NCBI GenBank assembly: GCA_963732435.1
Contig: CAVSZL010000008.1
Span: forward strand, 34,546 to 98,545
Direction of reading: 5' to 3'
Length of the DNA: 64,000 bases
DNA from: an uncultured Bacteroidales bacterium
Lineage (GTDB): Bacteria; Bacteroidota; Bacteroidia; Bacteroidales; VadinHA17
This document shows, piece after piece, positions 53,886 to 64,000 of the stretch. Positions within the stretch are counted from its first letter, which is position 1. Each line of letters starts with the position of its first letter. The position numbers and the translations under genes are program-made. The notes under the pieces were generated by a model. The model saw nothing but the letters and a program-made list of their open reading frames with translations. It was not told the origin of the DNA and did not search any database.

Positions 53886-54926
53886 CTAAAATGCACTTTT
53901 AAACTGGTCAAGAAATCGAATATCGTTCTCAAAATAGAGGCGAAGATCATTTACCTGATATTTTAGCATTGTAAGTCTTTCTATGCCCATACCAAAAGCA
54001 AATCCCGTGTATTTCTTACTATCTATATGGCAGGCATCCAGAACATTAGGATGCACCATACCGCAACCCAGGATTTCAAGCCAACCGGTATACTTGCATA
54101 CATTGCATCCTTTTCCACCACAAATTTTACAACTTACATCCATCTCTGCCGATGGCTCTGTAAACGGAAAGTAAGATGGACGTAATCTGATCTCAGTTTC
54201 TTTTCCAAACATTTCTCTTGCAAAGAAGAGTAAAGTCTGTTTAAGGTCAGAAAATGATACATTTTCATCAATATACAAGCCTTCAACCTGATGAAAAATA
54301 CAATGAGCCCTGGCCGAGATTGCTTCATTTCTGAAAACTCGTCCCGGTGAAATGGTACGTATAGGGGGTTTCTGATTTTGCATCACCCTTACCTGTACAG
54401 ATGAAGTATGAGTACGAAGAAGAATATCAAGAGGATTTGATTCTTCTGATGAAAGGCGAGATATATAAAAAGTATCCTGCATATCCCTTGCAGGATGCTC
54501 ATGGGCAAAGTTAAGTTTGGTAAAAACATGATCGTCATCTTCAATTTCAGGGCCTTCTGATACAGTAAAACCAATTCGTTTAAATATATCGATTATTTCA
54601 TTTTTCACTATTGAAATAGGATGACGTGATCCTGATGAATAAGGAAACGGGGGCTTTGTCAGATCTGATGTTACCGGAATTTCTTCTTTCGAGAGTAATT
54701 CGGATTTAAGTAAGTTATACTTATCAAGAGCATTCTGTTTAAGTATGTTGATTTTTGAACCGATCTCTTTTTTATCTTCCTGAAGAACATTTCTGAATTC
54801 CTCGAAAATCTCTGAGATCTGTCCTTTTTTACTAAGGTATTTTAAGCGGAATAACTCTAATTCTTCAGTGTCTTTAACAGAGAAATCTGATATCTCTTTT
54901 AGTAGTTCTGTGATTTTTTGAAGCAT
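53886..54926 (-). CDS. pheS: Phenylalanine--tRNA ligase alpha subunit
   Basis: Class II aaRS motifs: HPARDMQDTFY, GRVFRNE, FAFGMGIERLTMLKY. Confidence 0.95.
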   Translation of the reverse strand: MLQKITELLKEISDFSVKDTEELELFRLKYLSKKGQISEIFEEFRNVLQEDKKEIGSKINILKQNALDKYNLLKSELLSKEEIPVTSDLTKPPFPYSSGSRHPISIVKNEIIDIFKRIGFTVSEGPEIEDDDHVFTKLNFAHEHPARDMQDTFYISRLSSEESNPLDILLRTHTSSVQVRVMQNQKPPIRTISPGRVFRNEAISARAHCIFHQVEGLYIDENVSFSDLKQTLLFFAREMFGKETEIRLRPSYFPFTEPSAEMDVSCKICGGKGCNVCKYTGWLEILGCGMVHPNVLDACHIDSKKYTGFAFGMGIERLTMLKYQVNDLRLYFENDIRFLDQFKSAF

Positions 54927-54956
54927 TTAAAAAGATTTATTAAATCAATAATACAA

Positions 54957-55772
54957 TTATTTTGCTACAAGTTTAATTTTAATGACTTTTATATCTGTTA
55001 GAGGTTTATCGCCAGGGTCAGTAGCTGCAGAAGCAATTCTGTCAACTACATCTAATCCTTCAATTACTTCACCAAAAACGGTATAAGTACCATCAAGTCG
55101 CGGAGTACCACCCAGATTCATATATGTATTAAGTTGTTCCTCAGAGAATTTAAATTCAGGATTATTCGTCAGATATTTGAACATTTTTATCGAAGCTATT
55201 TCCTGGATCATAGCTTCATTTGTTTCTGAAGAGGCTGAATTTATACTATCAGCAGTTTCCTTTAAATATAAATTGAAAATGGCTTGTTTTATGTTAGAAT
55301 TAACACGTTGTTCAGCTATAATAAGCTCTTCTTTACTGTACTTAACACCTTGAACAATATAAAATTGCATTCCGGATGATCTCATGTTCGGATTAACTTC
55401 ATTTCCTTCCCGCGCAGCTGCAACCGCACCTTTTTTATGGAAATATTCTTTTCTGATCTCGGCAGGTATTGTGTATGTTTTTAGGGAATCTGGAAGAGTA
55501 TTGGTGTCTGCTGTTTTTGTGTTAATATCTCCGGTTTGAATCATGAAATCCTTAATTACCCTGTGAAATGATACACCGTCATAATACCCATTCTTAACAA
55601 GATTAATGAAATTATTCCTGTGCAGGGGTGTTTCATCATATAGTTTGATTTTTATATCACCAAAAGTGGTTTTGATGTGAACAATATAATTTTCGTTACT
55701 CCCGGGAGAACTGCAACAGATTGTAAAAATTAACGCAGGAGCAAGAAGAAATTTCTTAAATCGTATGTTCAT
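54957..55772 (-). CDS. Cyclophilin-type peptidyl-prolyl cis-trans isomerase, secreted
   Basis: Start at MNIRFKKFLLAPALIF (signal peptide). Motifs FHRVIKDFMIQTGD and YTVFGEVIEGLDVVDRI. Confidence 0.85.
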   Translation of the reverse strand: MNIRFKKFLLAPALIFTICCSSPGSNENYIVHIKTTFGDIKIKLYDETPLHRNNFINLVKNGYYDGVSFHRVIKDFMIQTGDINTKTADTNTLPDSLKTYTIPAEIRKEYFHKKGAVAAAREGNEVNPNMRSSGMQFYIVQGVKYSKEELIIAEQRVNSNIKQAIFNLYLKETADSINSASSETNEAMIQEIASIKMFKYLTNNPEFKFSEEQLNTYMNLGGTPRLDGTYTVFGEVIEGLDVVDRIASAATDPGDKPLTDIKVIKIKLVAK

Positions 55773-55915
55773 GAATTTAATATTATGGTTAATAATCTTG
55801 AATAAATAAGTATGCAAAGATATTTAACTTTGAAATATACAGGAAAATATTATTCTGATATCCATTTATTTGATGCAAATAGATGTATTAGGTCAGGGAT
55901 TTGGGTCATTAAATA

Positions 55916-55923
55916 TATCTTTG
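55916..55923 (+). promoter_or_regulatory. Bacteroidota -7 promoter element (TAnnTTTG)
   Basis: TATCTTTG lies 16 nt upstream of the GTG start at 55940. A TTTG is present at 55900-55903. Confidence 0.3.
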
Positions 55924-55939
55924 CACTTAAAAGTTTAAG

Positions 55940-57406
55940 GTGAAAGAAGTAAGAAAACTTGCCGGACAGACACTGATTTATGGTTTTGGTACAATTATTC
56001 CGAGATTTCTTAATTATGGAATACTTACTTTCTTTTACACCAGAATTTTTGATAAAGCTGAATATGGAGTGATTACAGAACTTTATGCCTGGATGGTTCT
56101 GTTACTGATTGTTTTAACTTATGGAATGGAAACAGGCTTTTTCCGATTTGCGCAGAATAAAGATGAGTATGAGAAAGTATACAGCACTTCTCTTATTAGC
56201 CTGATCGTAAGTTCAACCTTCTTTCTACTTCTGGTATTTATTTTTATAGAGCCATTCTCTGCATTGCTTAACTACAGTAATAATCATGACTATATAAAAA
56301 TGTTTGCCGGTATTGTTGCTCTTGATGCAGTTTGTGCAATTCCATTCGCACGGTTGCGAAAAGAAAACAGACCCGTGGTTTTTAGTATCATTAAAATATT
56401 GAATGTTATATTAACAATTGGCGTTGTACTGTTTCTTCTAATGGTTGCTCCGGAGATCTATGAGAATAGTAATGGATGGTTTAGAAAGGTTTATAATCCG
56501 GATTATGGAGTTGGATATGTGTTTCTTGGTAATCTGATTGGAAGTACTGCCACATTGATAATGTTGCTTCCGGTCATTTTCCGGACAAAAATGATTTTTT
56601 ACTGGTCAATATTGAGGAAAATGTTAAGTTATTCTGTTCCTCTTCTAATTGCCGGCTTAAGTGCATCAATCAGCGATACTTTGGACAAGGTATTGTTAAG
56701 AAGGATGATAGGTCCGGAAAATGGACTTGAAACAGTGGGAGTATATGGAGCAGGTTATAAAATTGCTGTTCTTATGGCTTTATTTATACAGATGTTCAGA
56801 TTTGCTGCTGAACCATTCTTTTTTGAAAGAGCTAAACATGAAAATGCAAAGGAGACATATGCATTTGTTATGAAATATTTTGTAATAATAATGCTTTTAA
56901 TTTTTTTGATTATTAATTTGTATATTTCGGGTATTCAATTTATTGTAGGAGAGGGTTTTAGAGAAGCAATGGTTGTAGTACCCATTGTCAGCATGGCGTA
57001 TCTGTTGTATGGAGTTTATCTTAATCACAGTATCTGGTATAAATTAAATGATCTTACTAATTATGGTGTTTATATTACTCTTATTGGAACTCTGGTTACT
57101 GTTCTGATAAATGTGTTGTTAATTCCGATGTATGGTTATATGGCTTCAGCATGGGCACATATTGCATCATACGGGGCAATGATAGTTATGTCTTTTATTT
57201 TCGCAGAAAGACATTACAAGGTTAATTACAATATGGTTAAGCTTATTCCGTATTTTATATTTGCAACAGGACTTGTAATTTTTGGATTTTTCTTTGATTA
57301 TCCTAATATCTGGAGTGAGTTAATCATAAATACATTCTTTATTATTTTGTTCGTTATTTATGCACAGAACAGAGATAAAATATTAACAGTCTTTTTCAAA
57401 AGGTAG
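55940..57406 (+). CDS. MOP-superfamily polysaccharide/oligosaccharide flippase (Wzx/MurJ-like)
   Basis: 488 aa with about 14 TM segments and a GTG start. The N-terminus LAGQTLIYGFGTIIPRFLNY is typical of polysaccharide biosynthesis proteins. Confidence 0.7.
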   Translation: MKEVRKLAGQTLIYGFGTIIPRFLNYGILTFFYTRIFDKAEYGVITELYAWMVLLLIVLTYGMETGFFRFAQNKDEYEKVYSTSLISLIVSSTFFLLLVFIFIEPFSALLNYSNNHDYIKMFAGIVALDAVCAIPFARLRKENRPVVFSIIKILNVILTIGVVLFLLMVAPEIYENSNGWFRKVYNPDYGVGYVFLGNLIGSTATLIMLLPVIFRTKMIFYWSILRKMLSYSVPLLIAGLSASISDTLDKVLLRRMIGPENGLETVGVYGAGYKIAVLMALFIQMFRFAAEPFFFERAKHENAKETYAFVMKYFVIIMLLIFLIINLYISGIQFIVGEGFREAMVVVPIVSMAYLLYGVYLNHSIWYKLNDLTNYGVYITLIGTLVTVLINVLLIPMYGYMASAWAHIASYGAMIVMSFIFAERHYKVNYNMVKLIPYFIFATGLVIFGFFFDYPNIWSELIINTFFIILFVIYAQNRDKILTVFFKR

Positions 57407-57679
57407 GATTATTTTTCGGGAAGATATGAGCGAGTTATATCCACTAATACAAAATTAGAGTAGTAAAGAATATATCGGAGAATTGTTCTTTTAGTGAAGA
57501 AGGGTCGGTACCAAAAAGATTTAAGAACTAATCAGACGATGACTTTGTTATAAAGATGAGAATGAATTTTATAAATGGATAATGTAAACAACTGAATTAT
57601 TGATTATTATATGTTAAGAAGAAATATAAGCTATAGAGAAATAGACGAAGCATTTTTATTGTTCAGGTAAGATTGAAAT

Positions 57680-59404
57680 ATGAAAAAGACATACAGTATA
57701 TTATTGGTCTTGGTTATTGTAATGGTTTATTTTAATTCATGCAATAAGGAGCTATATCCGGTTAAAGGAGTGAAGTCAGGCAAGAATTATGACGAAGCAG
57801 CTTTTAATTACGTATATGTGGAAGGAGTTAAGCAGAAGTTAATGGGAAACACCGGAGATGCACTGAAATACATGGAACAATGTATAAAGCTTAATCCTGA
57901 AAGTGATGCTGCTTATTATCAAATGGCACAGATATTATCTGCAAATGGTGATACCGGAAATGGAAAGAAATATGCTACAAAAGCACTTTCATTGGATGAG
58001 AAAAATTTCTGGTATATTGTACTGTTAGCAGGATTACATTATCAGGAGCAAGATCTGGATAGTGCTATTATATTTTATGAAAGAGCAGTAAAGTATTATC
58101 CTGAAAAGGAAAGTCTTCTGTTAACTCTCGGAAATCTGTATTCCGAAAATAAGAATTATGACAAGGCTAAGGGTATATTTGATTCATTTGATGAGAAATA
58201 TGGAGTTAACGAGGCATCTACTTTATCTTCTGTTAAAGGACTTATTGAAGCTGAAAGATATGATGAAGCATTGATTAAGATTCAGGAACTGATTAAGCAA
58301 TATCCGGATGAAATTCTATATAGCAGACTTCTGGCTTCTATTTATCAGAGCATGGGAGAGAACGAAAAATCTGCTGATGTTTTTAAACAATTAATCCTAA
58401 AGGAACCAGAAAATGCTCAGGTTCAGATTTCATTGTGTGATTTTTTACTTACAGAGAAAAACTACGATGAATTATTCCTGAGAATAAATGGCCTGGTTCT
58501 AAATGCTGAAATAACTCTTGAAGACAAGATAGGATTGTTCGCAAGAATAATTTCAGAACCGGAATTGATTAAAGAGAACAGCAACAGAGTAATACTATCA
58601 CTGATTGTACTGGAAGCATCCTATACAGATCATGAAATCATAGCACTTATGCGACCTGAATTTTTGACGAACCAAGGTAAATACAGGGAAGCTACTGATT
58701 TGCTTGAAGAAGTAGTAAAGAAAAACCCTGATAATTATTATGCATGGGAAAAAATGCTTTTATCCTACCTGCAGTTGCGTGATTATCCTAAATTGTATGT
58801 CAGGGCCGAAGAATGTGCTACTAAGTTTAACAGATCAATTTTAGCCAAAATCTTATATTCTACAGCAGCTATGGAATTGGGGAAGTTTCCGGTTGCGATT
58901 GAGGAATTAAGGAAAGCTGAAATTCTTGCAGGAGATAATGTTGAATATATTACTCAGGTATATACTATGAAGGCTGATGTGTATTACAGAATGAAGGAAT
59001 ATGATAAAGCTTTTGAGTTATACGAGCTAGCGTTGAAAAAAAACAATGAAGACCTTACTCTGTTGAATAATTTTGCATATTATCTGGCAGAGCAAGATGT
59101 AAGATTGAAGGATGCGGAAGAGATGGCAGCGTTCGTTATTGAAAAGGAGAAGGATAATTCAACTTTTTTAGATACATATGCCTGGGTACTGTACAAGCGG
59201 GGAAAGTTAAAGGAGGCATCTAAGATTATGAGTGATATTATTAATAGCGGGGAAGCTCCTGATGCAGAATGGTATGAGCATTACGGATATATTTTAAAAG
59301 CACAAAAAAAATGTTCAAAAGCTGTGGAAATATGGAATATTGCCCTGAAGCTTGATAATACTAAAACTAATCTGATAACAGAAATACAAAATTGCAAAAA
59401 GTAA
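57680..59404 (+). CDS. Tetratricopeptide-repeat lipoprotein
   Basis: Signal ending ...YFNSC. Many 34-aa TPR units (A..Y...A......G....A..Y...AL..DP). Confidence 0.8.
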   Translation: MKKTYSILLVLVIVMVYFNSCNKELYPVKGVKSGKNYDEAAFNYVYVEGVKQKLMGNTGDALKYMEQCIKLNPESDAAYYQMAQILSANGDTGNGKKYATKALSLDEKNFWYIVLLAGLHYQEQDLDSAIIFYERAVKYYPEKESLLLTLGNLYSENKNYDKAKGIFDSFDEKYGVNEASTLSSVKGLIEAERYDEALIKIQELIKQYPDEILYSRLLASIYQSMGENEKSADVFKQLILKEPENAQVQISLCDFLLTEKNYDELFLRINGLVLNAEITLEDKIGLFARIISEPELIKENSNRVILSLIVLEASYTDHEIIALMRPEFLTNQGKYREATDLLEEVVKKNPDNYYAWEKMLLSYLQLRDYPKLYVRAEECATKFNRSILAKILYSTAAMELGKFPVAIEELRKAEILAGDNVEYITQVYTMKADVYYRMKEYDKAFELYELALKKNNEDLTLLNNFAYYLAEQDVRLKDAEEMAAFVIEKEKDNSTFLDTYAWVLYKRGKLKEASKIMSDIINSGEAPDAEWYEHYGYILKAQKKCSKAVEIWNIALKLDNTKTNLITEIQNCKK

Positions 59405-60159
59405 TTAGTATACTACTGATTTTTATAGTAACGATAAGTTGTTCTTTAACCAGAAGGAAGATAAACAGTGGTTCGGAACAATCAATTGAGTTTTCATCCA
59501 CTTTATTGTTAGAAAACGTTATCGAGCAAAACATTACTAATAACTCCTTTTTCATAACTAAGGCCGAGATCGAAGTAATATATGAAAATGAGAAGAAAGA
59601 GGAATTTGTGGCAAGTATAAAATTCGTAAAACCGGACAGGTATTTGATAAGTCTTAAATCAAAAGCAGGAATAGAAGCAGTAAGAATGTTTATAACTGAT
59701 GACACGATCCAGATTAATGACAGATTTAACAGGATTCACTATTATGGATCACCTGACAAGTTTTACGGGAAATATGGGTTAAAGAAAGAATTATTATCAT
59801 TAATATTTGGTGATTATGTAAATATTGAATGTGTTAATAAAGATAACGGTGATTGTGAAAGCGATGTTCTGATTGTTAAATGCTATGACAGAGAGACAGA
59901 AATAAATTATAAAATTGATTGTAAGAGGAAAAAAGTAAAAGTGTTAAGACTTATAAAAGAATTTAGAGAAGGAGAATTAGAGATATTATTTAATGATTTT
60001 ATAAAGGTCGCTGATATTATTATACCACAACGTATTATTATATCTGGAATACCAGATATTAAGATAATGAATGTTACTATACGGAAGATTGATCTGCCGT
60101 GGGAAGGAGATCTTGAGTTTGTGCCTGGAAATAAGTATAAAAGAGTTGAAATATTATGA
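59392..60159 (+). CDS. DUF4292-like lipoprotein
   Basis: TTG start overlapping the TPR gene. Lipobox ..TISC. Sits between the TPR and M23 genes, the conserved Bacteroidota arrangement. Family assignment is by context and size. Confidence 0.55.
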   Translation: MQKVISILLIFIVTISCSLTRRKINSGSEQSIEFSSTLLLENVIEQNITNNSFFITKAEIEVIYENEKKEEFVASIKFVKPDRYLISLKSKAGIEAVRMFITDDTIQINDRFNRIHYYGSPDKFYGKYGLKKELLSLIFGDYVNIECVNKDNGDCESDVLIVKCYDRETEINYKIDCKRKKVKVLRLIKEFREGELEILFNDFIKVADIIIPQRIIISGIPDIKIMNVTIRKIDLPWEGDLEFVPGNKYKRVEIL

Positions 60160-61337
60160 GATATATTTTAAATCTTATTTTTATAAGCATGATTTTTTGC
60201 AGTGCTGTTTATAGCCAGAGCAAGGCAGAGCTTGAAGATATAAGGGAAAAAACATTGCAGGAGATCTCTTATGTGGATGATTTATTGCAGACAACAGCAA
60301 AGGAGAAAAATGAAAGTATGAATGCTGTTAATATAATTGGTAAAAAATTAAATCTCCGGGAAGCCGTCTTATCGGGTATGAAAAAGGAAATAGCATTACT
60401 TTCAGAAAGGATATCACTAAATACATTGGCTCTTGATATTATGGAAAGTGATCTTGTTAAATTAAAGAATGATTATACCAGAGCTGTTATCAATTCTTAT
60501 AAAACACAAAAAGGATATCCGGAGCTGATGTATTTGTTATCTGCAAAAGATTTCAATCAGGGCTATAAGAGATTAAAGTATCTGCAGCAGGTCACTAAAT
60601 TCAGAAGACGAGAAACTGAAATTATTATAGAACTGAAAACTCAGATTGAAACCTCTAAATTAAAGCTGCAAAGCGACTTATATAAAATTTCCGATCTGAA
60701 ATCACGCGAGGAACAGCAGAAAATGTTTTTACAGCAAGAACAGAATAGAAAACAGAAGATGGTTAAATCTCTGGCAAATAAAGAAAAGCAACTCAGGAAG
60801 GAACTTGAGGAGAAGAAACGGGTCGCAAAAAAAATTGAAGGAGAAATCGCAAGATTAATCGCAGAGCAAAATAAGAAAAGTAGTAAATCCGACATTACTC
60901 CGGAAGAGCGTTTGATCGGGGAAGATTTTTTTAGTAATAAAGGAAGACTTCCATGGCCGGTTGAGCGAGGTATTATAACGAGCCAGTTTGGAGTACATAA
61001 ACATCCTGTGTTTAAATATCTGGAAGAGGAAAATATTGGTATAGAAATTACCAGCTCAGGAAGAGCTAGTGCAAGAACTGTTTTTCAGGGAGAAGTTGCA
61101 AGGGTGTTTGCTATTCAGGGTGCTAATATGACTGTAATTGTACGGCATGGTAAATATCTTTCAGTTTACGCAAATATTGTTAATGTAAAAGTAAAGCCTG
61201 GAGATAAAGTCAAAACGAAAGATGATTTAGGTGATGTTTACTCGGATCCGACAACAGGTAATAGTATTCTAAAATTTATGATATTTGAAAATAATTCAAA
61301 ATATATGGATCCGGAGTTCTGGATTGTGAAGAAGTAA
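60156..61337 (+). CDS. EnvC-like murein hydrolase activator / M23 peptidase-domain protein
   Basis: Signal peptide, a long coiled coil, and a C-terminal LytM/M23 fold (GIEI...G.V.......G...VIVRHG.YLSVYANI). Confidence 0.8.
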   Translation: MRYILNLIFISMIFCSAVYSQSKAELEDIREKTLQEISYVDDLLQTTAKEKNESMNAVNIIGKKLNLREAVLSGMKKEIALLSERISLNTLALDIMESDLVKLKNDYTRAVINSYKTQKGYPELMYLLSAKDFNQGYKRLKYLQQVTKFRRRETEIIIELKTQIETSKLKLQSDLYKISDLKSREEQQKMFLQQEQNRKQKMVKSLANKEKQLRKELEEKKRVAKKIEGEIARLIAEQNKKSSKSDITPEERLIGEDFFSNKGRLPWPVERGIITSQFGVHKHPVFKYLEEENIGIEITSSGRASARTVFQGEVARVFAIQGANMTVIVRHGKYLSVYANIVNVKVKPGDKVKTKDDLGDVYSDPTTGNSILKFMIFENNSKYMDPEFWIVKK

Positions 61338-61390
61338 GTTTTAATGTAACTATTTTTATTAAGCTTTGTATAACTTGTCAGGCATAGTTT

Positions 61391-61795
61391 ATGAGTATAA
61401 ATATTAAAATAGAATCAATTCCTTCAAACATAAGGATAATAGAAAAAGCTATTGATGAAGCAGCTGCAGAAATTGGGATTTCACAGGAGAATTATGGGAA
61501 GATTCTGGTTTCCACGCTTGAAGCTGTGAATAATGCTATTATTCATGGCAATAATTCAATTGCTGATAAAATTGTTGAAGTAAATATCAGGTATAAAAGC
61601 AATGAATTAAGGATTAAAGTAACTGATGAGGGATTGGGATTTAATCCAAGTGATGTACCTGACCCGACAACACCTGGCAATATTGAATCACTTAATGGAA
61701 GAGGAGTGTTTCTTATGTCTCGTCTTGCAGATAAGATTAAATACAGCAAAAAGGCAAATACTGTAACAATGATTTTTAAAAATATCAAATCTTGA
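61391..61795 (+). CDS. RsbW-like GHKL ATP-binding protein (anti-sigma-factor-type Ser kinase fold)
   Basis: 134 aa. N-box EAVNNAIIHGN and G-boxes DEGLGF...GRGVFLM. Confidence 0.65.
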   Translation: MSINIKIESIPSNIRIIEKAIDEAAAEIGISQENYGKILVSTLEAVNNAIIHGNNSIADKIVEVNIRYKSNELRIKVTDEGLGFNPSDVPDPTTPGNIESLNGRGVFLMSRLADKIKYSKKANTVTMIFKNIKS

Positions 61796-62211
61796 GTATT
61801 AAAGTATTCTATGACGAAGTTAACTACAGGATAAGAAGCTGGAGAAAACTTAAAAAGATAGTAGAGAGTATTGCTTTATCCTGTAATATGGTAGCAGGCG
61901 ATGTAATGATAATAATTACGGATGATAATACGTTGAGGGAAATCAATGTCCAATTCCTTAAACATAATTATAATACAGATGTTATTACTTTTAATTATTG
62001 TGTCAATAATATTATTAACGGAGAGGTTTACATAAGCATTGATACTGTAAAAAGGAATGCGTTCAACTATAATGTTAGTTTAAGCGAGGAGATTAAAAGA
62101 GTTGTAATTCATGGAATTCTTCATCTTGTTGGTTATAATGATAAGATAAGAAGAGATAGAATTATTATGAAGAATAAAGAAGATTTTTGGCTCGCTGAAT
62201 TAGAAGATTAG
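61792..62211 (+). CDS. ybeY: rRNA maturation endoribonuclease YbeY
   Basis: Zn motif HGILHLVGYND. 139 aa with a TTG start overlapping the upstream stop. Confidence 0.85.
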   Translation: MSIKVFYDEVNYRIRSWRKLKKIVESIALSCNMVAGDVMIIITDDNTLREINVQFLKHNYNTDVITFNYCVNNIINGEVYISIDTVKRNAFNYNVSLSEEIKRVVIHGILHLVGYNDKIRRDRIIMKNKEDFWLAELED

Positions 62212-62214
62212 AAA

Positions 62215-64000
62215 ATGGATTTCAGATATGATATAATTGTAGTAGGAGGAGGACATGCAGGATGTGAAGCTGCCCATATAGCTGCGGTTATGGGGGCAAG
62301 AACACTTCTGGTAACCATGGATATGACTAAGCTGGCGCAAATGTCTTGTAATCCTGCTATGGGAGGTATAGCAAAAGGCCAGATAGTCAGAGAAATTGAT
62401 GCATTGGGAGGAATGAGCGGAATTGTAACAGACAGAAGTATGATACAGTTCCGGATGTTAAACAGATCAAAAGGACCGGCAATGTGGAGTCCAAGGGCGC
62501 AATGTGATCGGCAGAAGTTTACAATCGAATGGAGAAAGATTCTTGAAAAAACCAATAATCTGCATATATGGCAGGAGCAGGCAAAGAAACTTATGCTGGA
62601 TGGATCAAAAGTTATAGGAGTAGAAACAAGTTTCGGGGCTAAATTTTATTCTGAAGCTGTTATACTTACAAATGGTACATTTCTGAATGGATTGATGCAT
62701 ATTGGGTTTTCAAAAATTAAGGGAGGAAGATCTGGTGACCAGGAATCAACAGGCTTAAGTGAACAACTCGAAGAGCTTGGCTTTTTGGTAGAGAGGTTAA
62801 AAACAGGAACCAGTGCAAGGATTGATGGGAGAACAATTGATTTCAAGGAAATGACGGAACAAAAGGGAGATGATGAAGGAGGGTCTTTTTCCTATATGAA
62901 AGATTCCGGAAATTTAATGGAACAGAAAAGTTGCTTTATAACTCATACAAATGAAGAAGTTCATGAAGAACTTCGAAAAGGATTGGAATTTAGTCCGCTT
63001 TATAGTGGGAGAATAAAAGGGAGAGGACCGAGATATTGTCCTAGCGTAGAGGATAAAATTGTTACTTTTAAAGATAAAGATTCACATCAGTTGTTTTTAG
63101 AACCGGAAGGTTTAGATACTGTTGAATACTATATTAATGGGTTTTCAAGTAGCCTTCCATTAATAACTCAATTATCAGCGCTTCGTAAAGTTAAAGGACT
63201 TAAAGATGTTGAAATATTCCGACCTGGTTATGCAATTGAGTACGACTTTTTCCAACCAACGCAAATCAAGCATACCCTGGAAACAAAGAAGATATCAAAT
63301 TTATTTTTTGCAGGTCAGATAAATGGCACAACGGGATATGAGGAAGCTGCAGCTCAGGGTATAATGGCAGGTATAAATTCTGTTCTGAAAATAAGGGAGA
63401 AAGAACCTTTAGTACTGGGAAGAGAAGAGTCATATATAGGTGTATTGATTGATGATCTTGTTACCAAAGGAGTGGATGAACCCTATAGGATGTTTACTTC
63501 AAGAGCCGAATACAGAATTTTACTGAGACAGGATAATGCCGACGAAAGACTTACAAGGAAAGGTTATGATATTGGTACTATACCAAAGGAAAGAGTATTA
63601 CGGTTGGAGGAGAAGGAATTTTTGATAAAAGAGGTGATGGATTTTCTCACGACAAAGAGTATTAGCCCTGAGGAAATTAATACTTTTTTGCAAGATGCCG
63701 GCACAAACATTCTAACACAAAGTGTAAAAGCAATAACAATTGCTTCAAGGCCGCAGGTAATCATTAAAGCTCTGCTTAATAAGGTTCAGGGAGGTAAAGA
63801 ACTGAAAGCATATAACTCACAAAGATTTTCTGAGATTTCAGAGTCTGTGGAGATAAGGATTAAATATGAAGGATATATTTTGAGGGAAAAGATTGTGGCA
63901 GACAAAATAAAACGTCTTGAAAAACTAAAGATTCCAGAGGATATTGATTATAGTGAGTTAGTATCTATATCAACAGAAGGACGTCAAAAGTTAAGCAAAA
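62215..64000 (+). CDS. mnmG: tRNA uridine 5-carboxymethylaminomethyl modification enzyme MnmG (GidA), 3'-truncated by the window edge
   Basis: Not in the ORF track because no stop is reached. My translation reads MDFRYDIIVVGGGHAGCEAAHIAAVMGARTLLVT...MSCNPAMGGIAKGQIVREIDALGG. The frame stays open to base 64000. Confidence 0.93.
   Translation, partial: MDFRYDIIVVGGGHAGCEAAHIAAVMGARTLLVTMDMTKLAQMSCNPAMGGIAKGQIVREIDALGGMSGIVTDRSMIQFRMLNRSKGPAMWSPRAQCDRQKFTIEWRKILEKTNNLHIWQEQAKKLMLDGSKVIGVETSFGAKFYSEAVILTNGTFLNGLMHIGFSKIKGGRSGDQESTGLSEQLEELGFLVERLKTGTSARIDGRTIDFKEMTEQKGDDEGGSFSYMKDSGNLMEQKSCFITHTNEEVHEELRKGLEFSPLYSGRIKGRGPRYCPSVEDKIVTFKDKDSHQLFLEPEGLDTVEYYINGFSSSLPLITQLSALRKVKGLKDVEIFRPGYAIEYDFFQPTQIKHTLETKKISNLFFAGQINGTTGYEEAAAQGIMAGINSVLKIREKEPLVLGREESYIGVLIDDLVTKGVDEPYRMFTSRAEYRILLRQDNADERLTRKGYDIGTIPKERVLRLEEKEFLIKEVMDFLTTKSISPEEINTFLQDAGTNILTQSVKAITIASRPQVIIKALLNKVQGGKELKAYNSQRFSEISESVEIRIKYEGYILREKIVADKIKRLEKLKIPEDIDYSELVSISTEGRQKLSK

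Noticed and set aside
62208-62555. 115-aa minus-strand ORF
   Set aside because: It is antisense to the clearly recognisable mnmG coding frame that starts at 62215, so it is a shadow ORF.

Overview
The window reads as a Bacteroidota chromosome segment. Support: TAnnTTTG-type promoter motifs upstream of several genes, many lipoprotein or Sec signal peptides, and the TPR / DUF4292 / M23 gene triad. Bases 1-25.2 kb form a dense plant hemicellulose and arabinan debranching locus. It holds six CE1-like esterase domains in five genes, a type-B carboxylesterase, GH127, a fungal-type GH54, GH51, GH95 and GH43. It also holds two adjacent exported multi-cupin proteins (one fused to an SMP-30/lactonase propeller, one to an ABM-like domain) and a TAT-signal FAD oxidoreductase. 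No SusC/SusD pair or regulator lies inside the window. Bases 25.6-64 kb are mostly housekeeping genes (xth, pdxH, mntH, nfo, hemW, rpiB, nadA, ruvB, pheS, ybeY, mnmG). Small accessory pieces are interspersed: a cytidylyltransferase / SDR / CDP-alcohol phosphatidyltransferase / LysE-like cluster, and a LytS-LytTR two-component pair preceded by a sensor-only paralog. I recognised no rRNA, tRNA, CRISPR array, transposase or integrase. The observations most worth a second look are: (1) the GH95 gene hides a compensating indel pair that puts its conserved catalytic-motif segment out of frame; (2) the cupin-lactonase, bicupin-ABM and FAD oxidoreductase genes, as a possible undescribed periplasmic oxidative branch; (3) the GH54 protein, whose lamin-tail domain appears interrupted by an uncharacterised repeat module; (4) the CDP-alcohol cluster; (5) a 641-bp AT-rich ORF-free region with a perfect palindrome and 11-bp-period repeats. 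All family calls come from motif recognition by eye. No database search was run.
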